A stretch of DNA of 64,000 nt, taken from NCBI RefSeq assembly GCF_006345805.1, contig NC_043015.1, forward strand, positions 7,440,001 to 7,504,000, written 5' to 3'. This DNA comes from Octopus sinensis (lineage: Eukaryota). The translations under genes and the position numbers were made by a program. The notes beneath the pieces were generated by a model that saw nothing but the letters and a program-made list of their open reading frames with translations, was not told where the DNA came from and made no database searches. Below are positions 55,371 to 64,000 of the stretch, one piece after another. Position 1 is the first letter of the stretch. Every line of letters starts with the position of its first letter.

Positions 55371-55718
55371 ATTTCTTTATTGCCCACAAGGGGACAAATA
55401 GAGGGGACAAATAAGGAGAGACAAACAGATTAAGTCGATTACATCGACCCCAGTGCGTGAAATGTAACGGCAGATGAAATACCTATTTCTATTTCTTTAC
55501 TACCCAGAAGGGGCTAAACACAGACGGAACAAACAAGGACAGACAAACGGATTAAGTCGATTATATCGACCCCAGTGCGTAACTCGTACTCATTTAATCG
55601 ACCCCGGAAGGATGAAAGGCAAAGTCGACCTCGGCGGAATTTGAACTCAGAACGCAGCGGTGGACGAAATACCACAAAGCATTTCGCCCGGGGTGCTAAT
55701 ATTTCTGCCAGCTCGCCG
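55371..55718 (-). mobile_element. SINE family B (tail type 2): full copy 55484-55718 plus an abutting partial, deleted copy 55371-55483
   Basis: The tail atttcttta..ccca.aagggg...gattaagtcgatta.atcgaccccagtgcgt occurs twice in tandem. Confidence 0.88.
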
Positions 55719-56197
55719 ACTGGTAATATTCTGTTTCTGAAGACTAATATTCGACCGAAATAATTTTCACCGAAACATCGAAAATATCACGCACCATTAT
55801 AACATGAGATTTGACGCTTTGCTTCCACAAAACTACAAAACAAATTAGTTTATCTAAAATCCTCAAAGCCAAGTAGGAAGGTGAGTTTCAAAATAAGCTG
55901 AGAATGTTACCATTCAGTGTATTTGATTAAAAAAACAGCTCCTGTTCAGGGCCTACAGTTAAGTAGCTGCACAAGGTAGCATGCACGGTGTACCAGCTCA
56001 TGAAATTCTTTCTACTGCTAATTCATTCATATGTGTAATTGTTAATGTGTTAATGTTCAGCACGTGTATTTGTCATTCAGAAAGAATGCTGGGAGTGTAT
56101 AAACTATTAAAGTTTCTGATACTTGAACAGCGGCTACTGCGAAAATTGATGTGCTTTTTATTGTTCGAGTATGTTTCCATTGCATAAACTGAGCGCG

Positions 56198-56426
56198 CAT
56201 ATATATACATATATATACATATACATATATACATATATATACATATACATATATACATATATATACATATACATATATACATATATATATACATATACAT
56301 ATATATACAATATATATATACATATACACATATATATATACATATATACATATATATAACATATATACATATATATATATAATATACATATATATATATA
56401 TATACCTATATACATATATATATACC

Positions 56427-56459
<33 letters not shown>

Positions 56460-56754
56460 ACCATCTATATACAATATATATAATATATATACACACATCT
56501 ATATACATATACCTATATACATATATATACACAATCTATATACATATATACACCTATATACATATATATATATATATATACACACATCCATATACATATA
56601 TACACACATCTATATACATATATACACCTATATACATATATATATATATACACACATCTATATACATTATATATATATATATATATATATGTCTGCATGT
56701 ATGTATACTATATACATATATAATGCACAGACATATATATATATATATATATAT
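56198..56754. repeat. (TA)n/(TATACA)n microsatellite
   Basis: Direct reading. Confidence 0.95.
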
Positions 56755-57551
56755 GTCTGCATGTATGTATACTATATACATATATAATGCACAGACACAA
56801 ACGCACACACATTTAGATAGATAGCTAGATAGATGCATAAGTAGATATGCAGTTGATAGGAATGACAAATAACAATTAAAATATATACTTTGAATATAAT
56901 AACTGGCAATTATGACATCAAGGGATACAATTGTTTAAGTGAACACAATGAAAGGTGTGGTAGAAATATGTTTCTATTCTCTAGACAAGAGTTGAGATTT
57001 ATATTTCTTGTTCGCCGTTTTTGCTTTTTTTATCAGAGTCTAGGCAACTGAAATCCAATCTAGTGTGCGAGGTAATCTTGAAAAACTGGGCCGATAATAT
57101 CCCACAAGGTATACTTGAAATTGTATCTGGCTTAGGTCTCGCAAATAAGCTGAATTTCCTGTTTAAGTAATTATCTCCTCCACACATTTGGCATATGATG
57201 TGATTCTCTAAAAGATTAACTATATTTTATTTGGGACAGATGTATCTATCTTTCTATCTATCAGTCTATCTACACATACACTCACGCACACATACACATA
57301 CACACATACACATAATTCTGTGTTTGCATGCGCTAATTCTTTCTTTCTTTTCTTTTACTTGTTTCAGTCATTTTGACTGTGGCCATGCTGGAGCACCGCC
57401 TTTAGTCGAGCAAATCGACCCCAGGACTTATTCTTTGTAAGCCCAGTACTTATTCTATCGCGCTCTTTTGCTGACCGCTAAGTGACGGCGACGTAAACAC
57501 ACCAGCATCGGTTGTCAAGCAATGCTAGGGGAACAACACAGACACACACAC

Positions 57552-57582
<31 letters not shown>

Positions 57583-58410
57583 ATCTATATATATATATAT
57601 ATGTCTGCATGTATGTATACTTATATACATATATAATGCACAGACACAAACGCACACACATTTAGATAGATAGCTAGATAGAAATATATACTTTTAAAAT
57701 ATATACTTTGAATATAATAACTGGCAATTATGACATCAAGGGATACAATTGTTTAAGTGAACACAATGAAAGGTGTGGTAGAAATATGTTTCTATTCTCT
57801 AGACAAGAGTTGAGATTTATATTTCTTGTTCGCCGTTTTTGCTTTTTTTATCAGTGTCTAGGCAACTGAAATCCAATCTAGTGTGCGAGGTAATCTTGAA
57901 AAACTGGGCCGATAATATCCCACAAGGTATACTTGAAATTGTATCTGGCTTAGGTCTCGCAAATAAGCTGAATTTCCTGTTTAAGTAATTATCTCCTCCA
58001 CACATTTGGCATATGATGTGATTCTCTAAAAGATTAACTATATTTTATTTGGGACAGATGTATCTATCTTTCTATCTATCAGTCTATCTACACATACACT
58101 CACGCACACATACACATACACACATACACATAATTCTGTGTTTGCATGCGCTAATTCTTTCTTTCTTTTCTTTTACTTGTTTCAGTCATTTTGACTGTGG
58201 CCATGCTGGAGCACCGCCTTTAGTCGAGCAAATCGACCCCAGGACTTATTCTTTGTAAGCCCAGTACTTATTCTATCGCGCTCTTTTGCTGACCGCTAAG
58301 TGACGGCGACGTAAACACACCAGCATCGGTTGTCAAGCAATGCTAGGGGAACAAACACAGACACACACACACACATATATTATATATATATATATATATA
58401 TATACATATA
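56755..58410 (+). repeat. Tandem duplication, units ~56755-57602 and ~57603-58410
   Basis: Near-identical sequence at an 818 bp offset (ORF pairs 56999/57817 and 57231/58049). Junctions lie in (TA)n tracts. Confidence 0.95.
57351..57550 (-). mobile_element. SINE family A 3' half (in duplication unit 1)
   Basis: Nearly identical to 58169-58370; stops at the internal microsatellite. Confidence 0.9.
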
Positions 58411-58576
58411 TGCGACGGGCTTCTTTCAGTTTCCGTCTACCAAATCCACTCACAAGGCTTTGGTCGGCCCGAGGCAATAGTAGAAGATACTTGCCCAACA
58501 TGCCACGCAGTGGGACTGAACCCGGAACCATGAGGTTGGTAAGCAAGCTACTTACCACACAGCCACTCCTGCGCCT
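58169..58576 (-). mobile_element. SINE family A, full length
   Basis: Tail cttttacttgtttcagtcattttgactgtggcc through head end cttaccacacagccactcctgcgcct. Confidence 0.92.
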
Positions 58577-59246
58577 AATTCCTAATTCTTACTATGAGAT
58601 AAGACGATAGGTTAGAGAAAACAAAACCGTGTACGATTTGTGTTTATATATTCTTTCTCCAGAACATATGCATTGATACTTGCTCTTTTATAAATGCGCG
58701 TTATATTATCGTAGAATATAAAATAAAAATATCACATCATTTCGGATTTATTCATCTGCCATACTTAGATAATCATTACCACGTGTGAGAATATATTCCC
58801 ATTTTTATTATCGACTTGTCTTTACTGTCTTTACCACGTCTTTCTTTCTTAAAATCCCAAGATAATTATTCAATGACTGTTTAATCTAGAAATGATTTGC
58901 GATCGAACGACTAAAATAGTCTCCTGTCACTCAAACTTGAGAAAGCATCTGCTGGAAATTTTATTTCTGAAATTTTGAATTTCTAAAATAGATATTCTGA
59001 AAACTTAACTTACTTTACAGCATTGACAAAACTATGCTGAGTTTAAATCAAGTATTTAAAAATTTATTTAATAAAATTCTAAATAAATACATAAATATAC
59101 AAGATTAAACTGTTTAATAAAATTTTTTGCAAATAAAAATATTTTAACCCATTCAGGCATATCAACACAAAATGGGATAAAGATGGATAATTGCTGATTA
59201 TAAAGGGAGCAGACAGCTGACTAAATTATAGTTGTGTTGTATAGTT

Positions 59247-59663
59247 AGGCGTAAGAGTGGTTGTCTGGTAAGTAGCTTGCTTAGCAACCACATGGTTCCG
59301 GGATCAGTCCCACTGCGTGGCACCTTGGGCAAGTGTCTTCTACTATAACCTCGAGCCGACAAAGCCTTGTAACTGGAAAAGCCAGTCGTATATATATATA
59401 TATATGTATATATAATATATATATATATATATTATATATATGCATGTGTGTGTATCTGTTTGAGTGTCTGTGTTCTCCCTCCACCAACATCGCTTGACAA
59501 CCGATGCTGATGTGTTTACATCCCCGTAACTTAGCGGTTCGGCAAAAGATACCGATTGAATAAGTACTTGGCTTACAAAGAATAAGTCCTGGGGTCGATT
59601 TGGTCGACTAAAGGCGTTGCTCCAGCATGGCCACAGTCAAATGACTGAAACAAATAAAAGAGT
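59247..59663 (+). mobile_element. SINE family A, near full length
   Basis: aggcgtaagagtggttgtctggtaagtagcttgc...ccacagtcaaatgactgaaacaaataaaagagt. Confidence 0.92.
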
Positions 59664-60210
59664 TAAACTGCATACTCCTCCCGGTAAAAAAAAAAAATTC
59701 GTAGTAGCCAGACATTATAAATAGACCAGTAGCCGGTCGACAGGGGCAAAGGTCGAGAAAAGTCAAAGTACGTGTAAACCGTGGTGTTGATAGTCGTGTT
59801 CATGATGATATAGTACACATCCCGTGATTCTGAGTGGACGTTACAACGATCCAACCGTTTGAGGATAATAGCACTGTACGACTTCGGAATATAACAATAT
59901 CTGTCAGAATGACAACCTTCGTCAAAAGGCAGTTACAACAGTGGCTAATGACCGCTTTACAACAAGTCGTTTTGCCAAACAATGTACAACAATCATTACT
60001 CGTATAAGTCGATGCCTTTCATATAAAGAAGTGTCTTTCTATGCAACAGCTTCATTGTAAATGCATAGTCATTTTTTTTACTCAGCAATATAATAAAAAA
60101 ATCAGCTAAATTATCATAAAATTTCCCACGTCAGTCTTCATAGTCGGCACATTAAGCAAATCAGTTCTTGTTTTTTATGTTTCTGGTTTGAAAGAAATCC
60201 AATTCTAAAC

Positions 60211-60366
60211 CTGAGTTAACTGGAGCAACGTGAAATAAAGTGTCTTGCTTAAGAACAAAAAACGCAACCCGCAATCGAACTCACAACCTGGTCGGCCCGA
60301 GGCTATAGTAGCAGACACTTGCCCAACATGTCTCGACGCACAAACCACTGAGCTATGCGCCTTCAC
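60211..60366 (-). mobile_element. SINE family C 5' part containing a 42 bp family-A insert
   Basis: Flanks match the reverse complement of 53451-53583; 60289-60330 matches the family A body. Confidence 0.75.
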
Positions 60367-60738
60367 ACACACACACTCACACATATATGTGTGTGTATGT
60401 ATGCATTGTAAGAGTATAATTTCGCTGAAACTGATCGAAATACCATTCTATAGGATATACACGTCAATCAGGATTCATAGATGGCTGTTTTAATTTAATA
60501 CCGTTTCAGTCGCATATACCGAAACTATATATGTAAATCGCCGAAGAAATCGAAAACACGGGTTGTTTCCGAAAGAGATTTCACGTGATATTAGTTGCGC
60601 ATCGAGTTAGACAACACGACATTAAAAATATCAATGCCGAATTACGTAAGTGAGCGACTGGCTAGAGGGAAATGCTCAATCAATGAAGCTATTGTTCATA
60701 AAACACGAAGTAATCTATATATACATACATATATATAT

Positions 60739-60787
<49 letters not shown>

Positions 60788-60887
60788 TTATGTGTTTGTG
60801 TGTGTGTTGTGTGTGTGTGTGTGTGTGTGTACATATACATATATATATGTACATATAAATATGGGCGTATATTCATTTATTTTCATT

Positions 60888-61257
60888 CATTTACTTGTTT
60901 CAGTCATTTGACTGAAGCCATGCTGGAGCACTGCTTTTAGTCGAGCAAATCGACCCCTGGACATATTCTTTGTAAGCCTAGTACTTATTCTATCAGACTC
61001 TTTTGCCGAACCGCTAAGTTATGGGGACGTAAACACACCCGCATCGGTTGTCAAGCGATGTTGGGGGTGGGGGGCAAACACAGCACACAAACATACACAT
61101 ATATATATACATACATATATACGACGGGCTTCTACCAAATCCGTGTACCAAGGCTTTGGTCGGCCCGAGGCTATAGCAGAAGACGCATGCCCAAGGTGCC
61201 ACGCAGTGGGACTGAACCCGGAACCATGTGGTTCGTAAGCAAGCTACTCCTACGCCT
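60888..61257 (-). mobile_element. SINE family A with small deletions
   Basis: tttacttgtttcagtcatttgactgaagccatgctggagc...gggactgaacccggaaccatgtggttcgtaagcaagctactcctacgcct. Confidence 0.9.
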
Positions 61258-61399
61258 AATATATATTATATATATTTATATACATATATGCATACACACA
61301 CGCATGCACGTACACATGCACACACATATATATATATATATATATACTTTATTTTAAGCAGTAGAAAATCTGTTACTCTGAGTTTCTCGTGTTTACTCC

Positions 61400-61454
<55 letters not shown>

Positions 61455-64000
61455 CGGCATATTACTACCTGTTGCTTTTCCGTGAATTTATCCAGGATAT
61501 CTGACAACCAACGATGTTTTGATATATTGGCTTCGCTTTTATTAGCCACATTCGATACTTATTTGCCTAGACACTTTTACTAGGAAAATGAAGCAATTCT
61601 GACCAGAGCTGACCTTCCTCAATTAATGATACTTTCTCTCTTTTGATTCGATTCGAATACACTGAAAATCTCTTTGATGTTAATATGCCATTTTAATGCA
61701 AAGTGTAACGCAAAGCCTAACCTAAATATAATTGAATTTGCGTTTTCCAGCAAATCCATTTTAACTTAGAGACTCACCATGAAAACGGAATACTTCAATA
61801 AATAAAGAAAAGAATGAAAAAAAAAAATAGACTAAAATCAAAACATAATTAGATTTTATTTTTTCGAGCGGTTTTATGGATGTGTATGAATACTTTACTC
61901 AAAAGCTGGAATTATTCTCTTGACTATTGCTTTTCAGTCAATCTTACTCTTGTAATTAAAAACCGAAAGTTGGAAAAGAGGGAGAAATACAGTAAATCAA
62001 TATATCTTTTTTGGTTCCCTGGCCATCTTATATACAACCAAAAAATAAATAACCCCCCCCCCAAAAAAAAAAGAAAGGAAAAATACGAGAGAGGAAGAGA
62101 GAAATACTGATTATGTGGTGTTGTTTTCTTTTTACATTATCAATAATGTTACTATGCTTGAAATTATGAATGCGACGGCGAAAGAAGTCTAAGTAAACGA
62201 ACCAAGAAAATATCGATTTATACTTTCCAGAAATGAAAATATTACACATTTTTTAATAGATTAAAACCCCTCATAACCGACATGTTTATGTATTTTATCG
62301 GACATATGCATCTCAGTGGAAATTTTATCGCAAATATATTTATGCATAGCAAAAATTGCTATTCACAGTATCGAATGCTAGCAGCACAACGTGGTCTTAT
62401 GCCTCACCAATGAAATGTATGTATTGTATGAGAATCAGATGTAGTATGTGTAGGTTTTATTCAATTTTTGAATTTTATATTTATAACATAAAAAAAGAGT
62501 ATGGAATATATAATATAACACGTAATAGAATCCTCTCCATGGATGTATCTGTTGCAAATCCAACATATACTCTATTTTTTTTAAAGTAGTTTCAGTCATG
62601 TGACTGGTGAGGATACACTAATAGGGAAATGTTGCTGATCGTTTTGGCGCCAATGCATATCTCTGTCTGGTACTTATTTTATCGACATTTTATATCTAAA
62701 TGTTGCTATCAATTTTCAAAAATATACACAATATATATTTGTATGTGTATAAATATAGCAACCTAAAGGGATCATGAATTAAAAAAAGCGATTCAATAAT
62801 TGTCTATTGAGTGCAATATATTTGCTGTTAATTTTTTGATTAAAATTTCAGTACCCCAATATGGAGTTTCATATCTATGGGTCTGCATTTGCAGAGTATT
62901 ATTAATATTTTACTGTTAGAATTTCTGTTGTTCAAATCTGCGATCGTTAATTATAATTGTTTTAATTTTATTGGGTGATGTATGTATCTGAAGACATTGA
63001 GAGTTTAAGTATTTAAGTAATATAAACGTAATATATAAAATAATCAATATAAAATAATTAAACATAAATTATATGATTAATATAAATAAATAATATAAAG
63101 TAATATAAAGAGTTTAATTAATATAAACGGTCGTTTGATTCCTTATGTGTAAATACTGAAACATTAAATTCGTTTAGAGAATATTCCTAATTTTTTTAAA
63201 TTTAGGAATTTCTCATTTTACAAGACAAAGGGTTAAGTAGTACTTGTGTAGAATTTGAGTAAATGATCACGTTTGACCATAGCCCCACAAAAAAAAAAAA
63301 AATTAAGTTTGTGCGTTTTCTTTTTGTTGAACGATTTAGCATTGTGTCCTTAATACAAAAAATTATTTTAAAGTATTCCTACATCACAGAATGAATTTAA
63401 TTGTTTGTAAAAGTTAACGGAATCTAAAAGACAGCGTGAAATATTGTAGAATAAGACAATATTTATCATCGGCATAATGTGAAACCCAGTATACTGCATC
63501 ATTTACCCTCCGTATTCTATGTTCTAACACAACGTTCACGCTCACTTTTGGCATCAATACTGCTCAAGTCGCTAGTAATTGTTTATATTATTGTCTACAA
63601 CCTTTATCAAAACAGAGTGACACTTGAATCACAGAATTCATGGCACTGAAATATATGATTTCATTCTTTAAGCTATTTTCGCTTCCAATAATTCAAATTA
63701 CATTTGACCCCCAAATATATTACGTTATCTTTTCCCACTTATAAATGGTCGGCAATAAAACTGAGACCGGTCTTTGCCTACGAACTCTCAACGAGGGAAA
63801 TATATGAATATAATTTTCTCTTTATTACTGCAAAGGATCAGAATGTGATTTAATTAGTATGTGCATGACTTCGAGAATATATTACCGATTTCTTACAATT
63901 ATCTTACTTTTCACTGAGCTTTATTAACAACAACTTCCTTCTTTTTAACTTTTGCTTTCTACTGAGATGGAAATTTAAAAAAAGAATGCTATTACAGTGC

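Overview
Very AT-rich, microsatellite-dense eukaryotic non-coding DNA (intergenic or inside a large intron). No host protein-coding exon is recognisable, and nearly all ORFs in the track are microsatellite or SINE translations. The SINE families and the (TA)n/(CA)n density resemble an octopod (Octopus-like) genome; that is my recognition, not a database match. Contents: about 11 copies of one tRNA-derived SINE and 2-3 other SINE families; decayed RTE, Penelope-like, R4/Dong-like, mariner and Tc1 fragments; a 5'-truncated tRNA-Glu(TTC); and an ~820-850 bp tandem duplication. Three things stand out. (1) Several short elements sit inside (TA)n tracts; one has a well-formed minimal type I hammerhead ribozyme fold (51482-51516, minus strand), others have degenerate hammerhead-like cores, and a Penelope-like RT fragment also lies next to a (TA)n tract. 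(2) An IR/DR-type Tc1 element was turned into a ~1.7 kb palindrome by an inverted duplication that includes its own flanking SINE, leaving three TIR copies. (3) Further fold-back structures and a SINE-in-SINE chimera. All alignments were done by eye, so coordinates are approximate to a few bases.
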